A DNA stretch of 64,000 bases from NCBI RefSeq assembly GCF_009914755.1, contig NC_060929.1. The stretch is one strand, 5' to 3'. A program made the position numbers and the translations under genes. Under the pieces are notes generated by a model. The model made no database searches, had not been told where the DNA came from, and worked only from the letters and a program-made list of their open reading frames with translations. Positions 12,878 through 24,084 of the stretch are shown one piece after another; position 1 is the first letter of the stretch; every line of letters starts with the position of its first letter. This DNA comes from the human T2T-CHM13v2.0 reference genome, Homo sapiens.

Positions 12878-14515
12878 CTTGCCCACTTCCCAAAACTGAA
12901 TCCGTTTAGACTCAGAAACTGTTGCTTAAAAAGGTGGTCAGGTCCCCAGGAAGAAGGTCCCTGCAGCATCACAGCATGTGTAAAATGTAATGATTCCCCT
13001 ACTCCTTCCACAAAGAGGCCTATAACCATTTACCTAGATAACTGCACTGAGGAAAGAGAAATAGTCAGATACTTTGAGAGCTACTAGACACACGCTCTAT
13101 GTTGGTAGTACCTGGATTCTTAAAAGCATTGTCATAGCTCCCCTATTAGAGTATGGTGATGTAGGGGCCATGCTATAAGACCTTATGAAAATTTTGGCTT
13201 ACAGTGTATTTAGAGTCTATGAACTCACTCTGTGGTTATTTCCCCAGTTTCCTCATGTATAATTGAGACTGACATATGTATTGGTCCATTCTCACACTGC
13301 TATAAAGATACTACCCAAGACTGGGTAATTTATAAGCAAAAGAGGTTTAATTGACTCACAGTTCTGCATGGCTGGGGAAGCCTCAGGAAACTTACAATCA
13401 TGGTGGAAGGCAAAGGGGAAGCAGGCACTTTCTTCACGAGGCAGCAGGAGACAGAGAGCACGCAAGGGAAACTGCCACTTTAAAACCCATCAGATCTCAT
13501 GGAACTCCCTCACTATCACAAGAACAGCATGGGGGAAACCACCTCCATGATCCAATCACCTCCCATCATGTCCCTCCCTTGACATGTGGGGATTACAATT
13601 CAAGATGAGATTTGGGTGGGGACACAGAGCCAAGCAATATCAACATACTTGGATGCTGAAGTAACCCACACATTGGATTTTTGGTCTCTGAAATCAAACC
13701 TCTCACACTGGGGCCAGTTCATCAGAGGCCTTTGAAACTGAACCGTCCAGAAGAAGCTGGTCTGATATGGCACTGGAATTCCTATTGCAGGTGTCACTAA
13801 AGTATCATCTCAGAGGCAAAACTATACAAGGAGTGGGTGCCATCCTCTAAGATGCAGTATCACATTGAATCAGAGCCCTCTATCTGGTGTCACATTCCCC
13901 ATATGAAAAATGCATGGGTCCAGGAACCAAAGGATGAAAGCAGGAATGATCTCACTTCCCAATAATCCACTGGGGATTTTGTGCTCCCCATCTCTGCAAC
14001 ACTGGACTCTCTATGGTTAGAGATCCTAGACTCATTGGGGGTTGGGATGTGCCCATTTGCTGGAGGATACAGGAAGGGTCCTATTGAATTAAAATTAGTG
14101 GCTGTTGCCAGGGAACTTGGACTTCTTGTGTCCAAGGACTAACATGAAAGACAGACAGTCTCTTTCAGAGACAAATGACCTTGAAAGGTGGAAAGAGCTA
14201 TAACTTCTATCACGCAGTGCAGCAAGGAGGAATATGTGTGTGAAACTCAAGTGATTCCATTTGGGCGCCCTTTTGTAATCTTGCCCGATTGTGACTGTAA
14301 GTAAATATATACAAAAACCCAAGCATGAGAAAGTGACACTTACTAGAAGTTCAGGTCTGTCAGAAATAAGGATTTGTATCATATCACCATGACAGCCACT
14401 GAAATCAGCAGAGGAGCAAATGGAAGGCAATGGGAATTTAGAAATAAATTTAGTAAAGGAGGGAAGAAGTGAGTACCAGTTTTAACCCTCAGACCAACTG
14501 CGGGAAACAAGACCA
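12878..14515 (+). mobile_element. ERVL internal relic (ERV3-16A3/ERVL-E-like): gag end-protease joined to integrase C-terminus-dUTPase
   Basis: Degraded ERVL motifs ELLDTRSM (LLDTGS), HSVVISPV, SNPHIG, MHGSRNQ, PGNLDFL (PGHFGLL), YQF*PSDQL; many stops and frameshifts. Confidence 0.8.
13277..13642 (-). mobile_element. THE1C/D-type MaLR solo LTR
   Basis: tgtattggtccattctcacactgctataaag...gagccaagcaatatca; exact 5-bp TSD ACATA (13272-13276, 13643-13647). Confidence 0.95.
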
Positions 14516-14785
14516 CGTATCTCTTGTCAAGATGAGACTCCTTCACAGGCAGTCATTGTACCAAAGCTCCTCGTTGAGCTGGCTGAGACTTCCTGAGAGC
14601 TGCATTACAGTCTGAGGCTCTTCCTACCCAATCTTCCTTCATTCTCACCCTCCTCTCACAGATATAATACCTGCATCACAACCTAAAGCCTTTCTCTGTT
14701 CACTCTCCTATTTATTTCCCCCACATTCAACGTCCGGCATTTCTAACCTACCTTGGCATCTACTTCCCAGAAAACCCAACTCTCT
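14516..14785 (+). mobile_element. LTR16B-like 3' half (3' LTR of the ERVL)
   Basis: gctggctgagacttcctgagagctgcattacagtctgaggctcttcctacccaatc...ttggcatctacttcccagaaaacccaac. Confidence 0.7.
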
Positions 14786-15581
14786 CACCATAAAAGGGTG
14801 TCGAGAGCCACAGGGCATTATCACAGATGGTCAGTTGAGTCATGTAGACAGGGTAAAGAGACTGAAACAGGAAGATCACTAAGCCCATTTTTACTAAATA
14901 TAAAGAAAATTCCTGTAAAACTTTTTTAATGTTTGTCTTCATTCTTTAGTCTTCAAGAGAATATCAAAGTTTAAATCTGGGTATGGGAAAATTTTTTATT
15001 AAATTATGTTATGCCTCTTTCCCCTTAAGGGAAATTTAAAAACTGCAGTAGTTTAGGTTTAGACATTGGAGAATTACTGGTCTCAATTATACAAGAAATT
15101 TGAGGCAATGTTATGTTTGTTAGTAGAACCTAGCCACATGAATGTCATAATTCCTGTCAATTAAGATAAAGTCATTGAGCCAATAATAACCAGATCCTCT
15201 TCTGACTGGGTCTTAGGAGGAAATGTCAAAGTGGAATAATCACTTCCTCTGGTTTAACAGTCTTCAATGAAGACCACTCAGGATCAAGCCTGCTTCTAAT
15301 GGATATAGCAGAGAGGTGGTAGATGACAGTACAGTGAGTGATAGAGGGCCAGGGAAGGTCTCCAGCTAGACACTCCATTTGCTTATTCAGATAATACTCT
15401 GGATCCTAATTTAAACCTAATGACTTTCCTGTATGAATAATTCAAGCAACAAAAACAGAAAAATCTCTGCAGCCATGGTGCCAGGGTCTGTTAATATCAC
15501 ATCCATCTCCAGCCACAACCATTTTAAGAGAAGATTCCTACATCATGCAAATAACCTACAGTAGCCCAGGAGTAGAAGAAG

Positions 15582-15673
15582 GAGACAAAAGCTCAGGTCA
15601 AATAGCTAAATCAGTCCCACTCAGCCTCTGTGAAATGAAGAGTGGGGGGAGTAAAACCAAAAACTGCTGGGCC
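15582..15673 (+). repeat. Copy 1 of a dispersed direct duplication (partner 16378-16475)
   Basis: gagacaaaagctcaggtcaaatagctaaatcagtcccactcagcctctgtgaaatgaagagt vs gagataaaagttcaggtcaaacagctaaatcatccccacttagcctccatgaaataaagagt. Confidence 0.85.
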
Positions 15674-16254
15674 ACATATGAATGGGTAACTATTGTCCTT
15701 CATATCTTTTCCTTCTCTATCCACAATGCTCCCAAATATTCCTTTTTCTTTTCAAAAAATAAATAAGTAGTTGGTTATGAAACTGTAGATACACTGGGGT
15801 GAATTTAGGTAAGCCTAACGTAAAAAGCTATTGTTTAAATGATACTATTCCACTAATTGAATGAAGCTTGAACTCTATCAGATTAAGTTAGTTGTGTGGC
15901 ATAGAAGATGAAAAATAGGACTTTAGTGGCAAATAAATTTACTGTTACATGCATTACAAAGTCATTTCTTTGTCAAGCTGCCTGTCACCTTTAAGAGTCA
16001 TTCAAAAAACATCTGTGTAGTAATTGTCACTTAATCTTAGCCTTGGGAAATGTGTAAGGTTTGAATGGGTGGATAGAAAGATTGACATTTCATATGAAAA
16101 GAAGAATATTTCACATGAAAAGCAAATTTGCAGTCAGGAAGCTATTAATCAGTGGATAATTGCATAGAGATGAGGAATGATTGATAAGACAGAAGATTTT
16201 AGATGGAAACAGATTTTTTATTTTTTAAATGTTGAGATTTTTAACAAATATCCT

Positions 16255-16400
16255 ATTTATTTTTTTTATTCCTCACAACTAAGGTAAGCCATATCATCTC
16301 CATTCTGCAGATAAGAAAACTAGGATTTCAAGAGACTATCTAGTTCAAGATCACACTACTAGAAGGTTGACAGGCTAGAGATAAAAGTTCAGGTCAAACA
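16255..16400 (-). mobile_element. MIR SINE
   Basis: tcctcacaac...tcccattctgcagataagaaaactaggatttcaagaga...ttcaagatcacactactagaag. Confidence 0.7.
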
Positions 16401-17021
16401 GCTAAATCATCCCCACTTAGCCTCCATGAAATAAAGAGTAGTGGGGAGGCGAATGATACCAGAAAATCCTGGGCCCCTTAAGAGAGATTTTTTCATTGCT
16501 GGATGAAGATAGTGAAATTTATCCTGCAGGCAAAAGAGCTGCAGCACACTTTTGTGTTTCAGACATGATGTTGAAAGTGGATTGTTATTCTAGTGGAAAG
16601 TAGGGTGATTAGTTGGGGATGAAATGGTGGTCCAAAGGTGGGAGGACTTTGCGAGAACTCCAGTGCCCACTGCTTGTCTCCTTGGCTCAGCCTGCTCTCT
16701 TTATCTTTGTGGGGCTAATGGAAGTGCCCTCAAAGATGAAGTTCACAGATACATTTTAATTCTTACAACTACCATTTTTCTTCTTCAATTAAGCAAAGGA
16801 TAACTTGTGACTATACTTTTTGTCTTATTTCCTCACTCCCTTTACATTTAGAGCCTTTCTAGAGCAAGGTATTTTGCACAAATTTCTAAATAGTAGTTTG
16901 TAGGCTAGCAACTTCAAAGTCTTATAGGATCTCCAAAAGGGGTGCTAACTGTTATTTGTCCCCTGAGCATTGGAACATTTTTTCGTAAGCTTGCACATTT
17001 GTGCATAAGAGAACCCAAAGA

Positions 17022-17515
17022 ACATACCCATGCTCATAGCAGCAGTATTCATAATAGCCAAAAGGTAGAAGTAACACAAATGTCCATCAGTAGATGAAAT
17101 GAAGAAAATGTGGTATATACCTAATGGAATATTATTCAAACTTAAAAGGGAAGGAAATCCTGCCTCATGCTACAACATGGATGAACCTTGAGAACATGAT
17201 ACTAAATAAAATAAGCCAGTTAGACAGACATATACTATGTGATTTCACTTATATGAGTTATCTAAAGCAGTCAAATTAACAGAAGAAAAAAGAATGGCAG
17301 TTGCTGGGGCTGTGGGGAGGGGAAATGGGGAATTGTTGTTCAGTTGGCATAGAGTTTTAGTTCTGCAAGATTAAAAAGTTATAGCAATCTGTTGCACAAC
17401 AATATGAATTTACTTACCACCACTGAACTGTACAATTTAAAATGGTTAAGATGGTAAATGTTATGCTTAGTATTTTTACCATAATTAAAAATAAAAAATA
17501 TTAAAATAGAAAAAC
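17022..17515 (+). mobile_element. 5'-truncated L1MB (L1MB2/3-like) 3' end
   Basis: catagcagcagtattcataatagccaaaagg...catgctacaacatggatgaaccttgag...aaaatggttaagatggtaaat followed by an A-rich tail. Confidence 0.9.
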
Positions 17516-18633
17516 ATACTTATTCACAACAGTATATCCTTGAATAAAACATTTGATGATTAAACATCATGCGAAGTAGGATAATAAAAAGTACTTATTG
17601 AGCACAAAAATAAAAATAAGAACCCAAAAGAGCTGTTGATGGAGCAGAGCTTTGTACTTCCCTTGGGTCCAGAAGACACCTAATGACAACCACAGGTGTG
17701 AAGAAGGCAAAGACTGAAACCCAGGGTTCCAGGGAGAGGTTAACATTCATTGAGTTTACGGATACATCAAGCGAGGCTCCGCACTTTTATTTGCTTTATT
17801 GCTTTTTTCCTCTCCCTAGACCCTGGGCCTAAACGCAGACATGATGGATGCTCTTGTCATATTGTGTGCTGATAACTGTCAGCCTTCCCCTCCCATTCTC
17901 ACTATAATTTCCTTTAGGAGGTTTGACTTGCTACTGGCTGAGTTCGGAGAAAGCCATTCTTGTCAGACTTAGGAGAAAAGAGAGAGAAGAAATATGGATT
18001 TGTGAGTCCAGTTTAAATGAAAAGGTAGCACTTTCCCTGGAAATATTAAATTGGAGGCCATGATTCAGGCTTTCGGGTTTCACTCTAGTTATTCAGCTTT
18101 CACTTAAAAAACAGGACTTGGAAGAAAAATATAATCTCAATATTTATCAAAAACATTCAGGGAAAATCATCCCAGTGCTCCCTTGAGAATTAATAAGAAA
18201 TAACAATTAATAACATATTTTATTTCACAGATGCCAAGTATTTCGGGTGCCCAAGATCTTAGGAATTGTTCATTGTATGCATGGCCCTTTGAGGAGGACT
18301 ATGTGAGCTATGTGGCCTGTTTGGCCAATCAGGAAGCAACAGGGAATGTCATAGAGGGGATAATTGATGGGATTAAATATAATGCCACGTGTTGGAGGCA
18401 GATCAATCCATCTCGTTGATAAATGAAGGGCCACCCTGACAGCCAGTATCTAACTGACACAATAGGGAAGACAAACGTGAATTTGTTTCTAATCTTAAGG
18501 TATTCTGAAAGCAACTGATTGAATGGTATTCAACATCAGTGCTTACAATTTGATGTACAGATGCTACTATAGACATGTCTGAGAAAAGTTAACAAATATA
18601 GAAGCTAAGTAAATGGTCACCCCAATTCAATAA

Positions 18634-20867
18634 TAATATGATTTGGCTACGGCCCCACCCAAATCTCAATTTGAATTCCTGCATGTTGTGGGAGGGACCT
18701 GGTGGGAGATAATTGAATCATGGGGGCAAGTCTTTCCCATGCTGTTCTCATAATAGTGAATAAGTCTCATGAGGTCTGATGGTTTTATAAAGAGGAGTTC
18801 CCCTGCACAAGCTCTCTCTCTTTGCCGGCCACCATCCACGTAAAAAGTGACTTGCTCCTCCTTGCCTTCCACCATGATTGTGAGTCCTCCCCAGCCATGT
18901 GGAACTGTAAGCCCAATTAAACCTCTTCTTTTGTAAATTGCCCAGTCTCTGGTATGTCTTTATCAGCCCCATAAAAATGAACTCATGCAGTAAATTGGTA
19001 CCAGTAGAGTGGGACATTGCTGAAAAGATGCCTGAAAATGTGGAAGTGACTTTGGTACTAGGTAAGAAGCAGAGGCTGGAACAGTTTGGAGGGTTCAGAG
19101 GAAAACAGGAAAATGTGGGAAAGTTTGGAACTTACTAGAGACTTGTTGAATGGCTTTGACCAGAAGCCTGATAGCATATGGACAATAAGGTCCAGGCTGA
19201 GGTGGTCTCAGATGGAGATGAGGAACTTGTTGAGAACTGGAGCAAAGGTGACTCTTGTGATGTTATAGCAAAGAGACTGGCGGTATTTTACCCCTTCCCT
19301 AGAGATTTGTGGAACTTTGAACTTGAGAGTGATGATTTAGGGTATATCTGGTGGAAGAAATTTCTAAGCAGCAAAGCATTCAAGATGTGACTTGGGTATT
19401 GTTAAAGGTATTCAGTTTTAAAACAGAAGCAGAGCATAAAAGTTTGAAAAATTTCAAGCCCACTGCAGAAATTTGCATAAGTAATAAGGAACCTAACGCT
19501 AATCTCCAAGACAAAGGGGAAAATGTCTCCAGGGCATGTCAGAGGTCTTCACATCAGCCCCTCCCATCACAGGCCCAGAGGCCTAGGAGAAAATTGTTTT
19601 GTGGGCCGGGCCCAAGGTCCCCATGCTGCGCGCAGCCTAGGGACTTGGTGCTCTGCCTCCCAACTGCTCTAGCCATGGCTGAAAGGTGCCAACATAACGC
19701 TCAGGCCATGGCTTCAGAGGGTGCAAGCCCCAAGCCTTGGCAGCTTCCACGTGGTGTTGAGCTTGCAACTGCACAGAAGTCAAGAATTGGGGTTTGGGAA
19801 CCTCCATCTAGATTTCAGAAGATGTATGGAAACACCTGGATGCCCAGACAGAATTTTGCTGTAGAGGCAGGGCACTAATGGAGAATCTCTGCTAGGGCAT
19901 TTTTGTGGAAGGGAAATGTGGGGTTGAAGCCCCCACCCAGAGTCCCTACTGGGAAACCACCTAGTGGAGCTGTGAGAAGAAGGCCACCATCCTCCAGATC
20001 CCAGAATCGTAGATCCACCGACAGCTTGCATTGTGTGCCTGGAAAAGCCACAGAAACTCAATGCCATCCCATGAAAGCAGCCAGGAGGTAGGTGGTACCC
20101 TGCAAAGCCAAAGGGGCAGAGATGTCCAAGACCATGAGAACCCACCTCTTGCATCAGCATGACCTGGATGTGAGACATGGAGTCAAAGGAGATAATTCTG
20201 GAGCTTTAAGATTTGACTGCCCTGCTGGATTTTGGACTTGCATGGGGCCTGTACCCACTTTGTTTTGGCCAATTTCTCCCATTTGGAATGGCTGTATTAC
20301 CCAATGCCTGTACCCCTGTTGTGTCTAGGAAGTAACTAACTTGCTTTTGATTTTACAGGCTCATAGGTGGAAGGGACTTGCCTTGTCTCAGATGAGACAC
20401 TGGACTGTGGACTTTTGAGTTAATGCTGAAATGAGTTAAGACCATGGAAGACTGTTGGGAAGGCATGATTGGTTTTTAAATGTGAGGACATGAGATTTGG
20501 GAGGGGCCAGGGTGGAATGATATGGTCTGGCTGTGTCCCCACCCAAATCTCATCTTGAATTCCCATGTGTTGTGGGAGGAACCTGGTGGGATGTAATTGA
20601 ATCATGGGGGGCAAGTCTTTCCCATGCTGTTCTCATGATAGTGAATAAGTCTCATGAGATCTGATGGTTTTATAAAGAGGAGTTCCCCTACTCTCCCTTT
20701 GCCTGCCACCATCCATGTAAGATGTGACTGGCTCCTCCTTGCCTTCCACCATGATTGTGAGGCCTCATTAGCCATGTGAAACTGTAAGTCCAATTAAACC
20801 TCTTTCTCTTGTAAATTGCCCAGTCTCAGGTACGTCCTTATCGGCAGCATGAAAACAGACTAATACA
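18634..20867 (+). mobile_element. Full-length THE1B-type MaLR provirus (LTRs 18634-18989 and 20518-20867, internal 18990-20517)
   Basis: Two homologous LTRs; internal begins gtaaattggtacc; PPT gggaggggccagggtggaa; TSD AATAA; broken MaLR ORF (EEISKQQSIQDVTWVLL). Confidence 0.97.
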
Positions 20868-21554
20868 AATAATATCAGAGGAGCCCCCGATTTAAAACCT
20901 CAACATATCTTGTCAGCTTCCCAATAACCAAGGCAGAATATGTTGATCTTTTTCAAGGGGTAATTCCAAAAAGTTCAGAGACTTAGCACAGGGAAGCTCC
21001 ACTGGGAACCATCTCAATCCCTTTGGAGGAACAAAACTAGGCTGCAAACCTCAACCAAAGGAAAAAATCCCGTGAGACAACCTTTTATTTTTTTCAGACC
21101 TTCAGTTTCCTAAAATTTTATAGATTTTAATTCAGTGTGGACATAAAACATTGATATCAAATTTAATTTCTTGGAAAATAAAAGTTTGCTTTCATTTCTT
21201 TTTTTCCCTGGTATATTGCTACACAAGTCAAAGTTAAAGATGCTATAGAAAACCTAGGCAGCAATTTTATTACAGCTGGCTTTTGAAAGTTCACAGAAGG
21301 CTGCAATCATAAATGTCATTTTCATTAGAATAATGTGAAAGGTTACATGCCGCACAGAATAAGACAAGGCTCAGCCGTGGTTTACCATCTTTGAGTTTCC
21401 TGGTGTACAAATGATCCCTCGGGCATTACAGCCACAACACCTCACAGGCAAACCAAAGTGAATACATATAAAATAAAACTCTACTGGAAAGAATGCATGA
21501 GGTCCTGGCAGTGAAAATTCTATAGAAGTTAAACATTTTCTCATTTAACATACC

Positions 21555-21559
<5 letters not shown>

Positions 21560-21585
<26 letters not shown>
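21560..21585 (+). repeat. poly(A)26 tract
   Basis: Direct reading; flanked by aacataccc/aacttaccc. Confidence 0.95.
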
Positions 21586-21733
21586 CTTACCCAATGCTCA
21601 GCATTATCCCCGGGAATGCACTTCTAAATCTGCACTGTTTGGAGCTAAATGATAAAGGAACAGCAAGAGCTCTCTTTCAGAACACATAAGCTTATTTAAG
21701 ACCACAGAAAAGACCATCTCCGGAAGGAAAAGG

Positions 21734-21735
<2 letters not shown>

Positions 21736-21770
<35 letters not shown>

Positions 21771-21800
21771 CATGTGCACACGTGCACACACACATGCATA
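21736..21800. repeat. (GT)n microsatellite extended into a 65-bp alternating purine-pyrimidine tract
   Basis: Direct reading. Confidence 0.95.
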
Positions 21801-21994
21801 GTCAGGTGTGTCTTGTGCATTTATGAGTATTCCTGAACAATTTTAACTTCTAAAATGTCACAAGAGTTTGGCTTCTTGTTTATCATTTAAAAAAACCAAC
21901 TAGATACATTGATCCAGGATGCCAGGATGAAATTTAACTTTCCATGGCACTACCAAAGTAAGTGGACAATGCTGCGGGCTGCTGGTCACCAGTA

Positions 21995-23045
21995 TCTGCA
22001 TGCCCCCTCTTCATCTTCACTTGGGTCTCTGCTCAAATCCATCACCTCCTCAGAAGCTCACCTACGACTCTCTGATGAGGGAACACACACTCCCCCTGGC
22101 CAGGTTAATTTGATGAGTCAACCTGGCTCGGCTACAGTGCCCAATTGTTTGGTCAAATACTAATGACGATGTTGGTGGGAATGTATCCTGTAGATGTGAT
22201 TAACATCTATAGAGGACTTTAGATAAAGATTACCCTTGATAATGTGTGTGGGACTTATGAAATCAGTTGAAGTTCTTAAGAGCAAAAACTGAGGTTTTCC
22301 CAAGAAGGAATTTTGCCTCAAGACTGCAACATAGAAGTAGTGCATTACATCAGCACCATGTGGGAAAGAAAAAAAAATAAAAAGGAGTAGTAGTACTTAG
22401 GTTTCCAACCCACCTAGTCTACCCTACAGATCATGGACTTGGCAGCCCGCACAATAACAACCACATGAATCACTTCCTTACAATGTCCGTCTCTCCCTCT
22501 CTCCTTCTCTCGAAATACATATATACTTTACTGGTGCTGTTTCTCTGGGGAATACTGACTGATACAGCCTGCTATTCTGTAAGTTTTCCATCTGACCACA
22601 GATCTGTCTGTAAGGCAAGGTCACTATATTGAATTGACCTAATCCAATTTGGCCCATCAAGAATGGTCAGATACATTTGATAAATATCACTTGTCTCCAG
22701 CAATTAAAGTTACATGGAAGTTTTAAGCCTTCTCTTCTACTACCTGGTTACCAGGGAGTTGTTACAATGAAAATGTGTTTTAGATGAAATAAATATTTTT
22801 AAAGCAAACTTTAAACAAAATAAACAGATTTTAGCCTACGTATAGACATACATTCTATTGGTTCTGTTTTTCTGCAGAAGTCTTACTGATACATCCCCTT
22901 TCTCTAATTCATCATTCTTCCTAACAATTGTCAGCACCAGCTAAAATACATATGTGGATGTTTATATTTTACTGGTACCTAGGACAGTGTCTGGGACCTA
23001 GAAGTCATCCAACTTATACCCATTTATGGGATGCATGGATGAGAT
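21995..23045 (+). mobile_element. L2 3' end split by an MLT2 LTR
   Basis: tctctgctcaaatccatcacctcctcagaagct... resumes after 22893 and ends gtacctaggacagtgtctgggacctagaag. Confidence 0.65.
22097..22893 (+). mobile_element. MLT2D-like ERVL LTR with two 3' ends (22566 and 22893)
   Basis: ggttaatttgatgagtcaacctggc...aatcagttgaag...ctcaagactgcaacatagaa...tgtttctctggggaatactgactgataca; second end tattggttctgtttttctgcagaagtcttactgataca; tcccc on both outer flanks. Confidence 0.85.
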
Positions 23046-23059
23046 GCTGACTTTCCCCA

Positions 23060-23278
23060 GTCACTGAAATGCTTTACATGAATTAATTCATTCAACCCTT
23101 CCTTCCAGCTAGCTCCTTATGAGGCTGATGTCACGTTTTGCTTCCATTTTTCAGGTGCTGAAACTTGGTTGTAGCGAGGTAGAGGGACCCCCCCCAAAAG
23201 TCACATAGCTAGCACAGGCGAAGGTGGCCATTAAACCAGGAAGCTGGTCCCCGGAGCCCACGCTCTCAAACACCACAT
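23060..23278 (-). mobile_element. MIR SINE
   Basis: gctttacatgaattaattcattcaaccct...ccatttttcaggtgctgaaact...aagtcacatagctag...ggagcccacgctctcaaacacc. Confidence 0.8.
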
Positions 23279-23899
23279 TCTAAATCCCCTTGTGGGAGTT
23301 TTCAGCTTCAACAGGATATTGTTTAGAGAGACAATCTTTTTTTTTTAAGTTAAAACCACTAATCACATGTATTAATAAGGTTAAAATATTCTGTTAATTC
23401 TGTGATCTTGGGAATCTCACATGATTTGGAGGCACTCTGTTAGACTAGAAATGAGAAATTTTTAATTTAAAGGTGAAAAGAGGAAAAGGGAGTTGAAAAA
23501 AAGGAACATTCAATATCATCAGATGTTAAATAGACTTCAGTAAAAATAGTTTCCAAAAAATTAAAATAGAGCAAATTGGCTCACTGCAAAGATTCTAAAA
23601 GTAAACAGAGCTGAAAGATCATGGGAGATGTTTGAAAATGAAATATTTCTATCTTCACAAATTATCCTAGTGAGGAAGAAACCAATAAATAAGGTAGCAA
23701 AATCTAACAAGAAGGAGGCAGAGGCACAGGGTGATTCTCTAGCAAGCCCCAGAATATGATGCACGATAGAAATAGCGGCCACAATTAAACATTTTCCCTC
23801 TGGCCACACCTTCCACCGGGTCGCAGCTTCTGGTTCTGAGTCTCCAAGCCTGCTTAAAAACTGACCCAGAGTTTCTGGAACTCTGTCCCCACCTAGAGG

Positions 23900-23992
23900 C
23901 CTAACAGTAAATAAGAATGAAGGAATTGTAAAATGCAGAGCCGCAGTGCCCAGCGTGTGGCAAGCTCAGTAAACATAGCTATAATCATCACT
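23900..23992 (+). mobile_element. MIR 3' fragment
   Basis: tgtaaaatgcagagccgcagtgcccagcgtgtggcaagctcagtaaacatagctat. Confidence 0.55.
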
Positions 23993-24084
23993 GATAAAAC
24001 AGCCTTTAATTATTCTGTAAGCACTTATGAAAGGAAGGGAGCATGCCTAGGAGCCAATAGCAAGTATGTCAGCCATGGAGCTTT

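Noticed and set aside
18205-18419. Strong-looking splice acceptor (tattttatttcacag|ATG) opening a 62 aa ORF
   Set aside because: No partner donor or recognisable protein; isolated splice-like motifs are common.
19351-19878. 175 aa ORF as a host gene
   Set aside because: Fragment of the broken THE1 internal ORF, with a non-ATG start.
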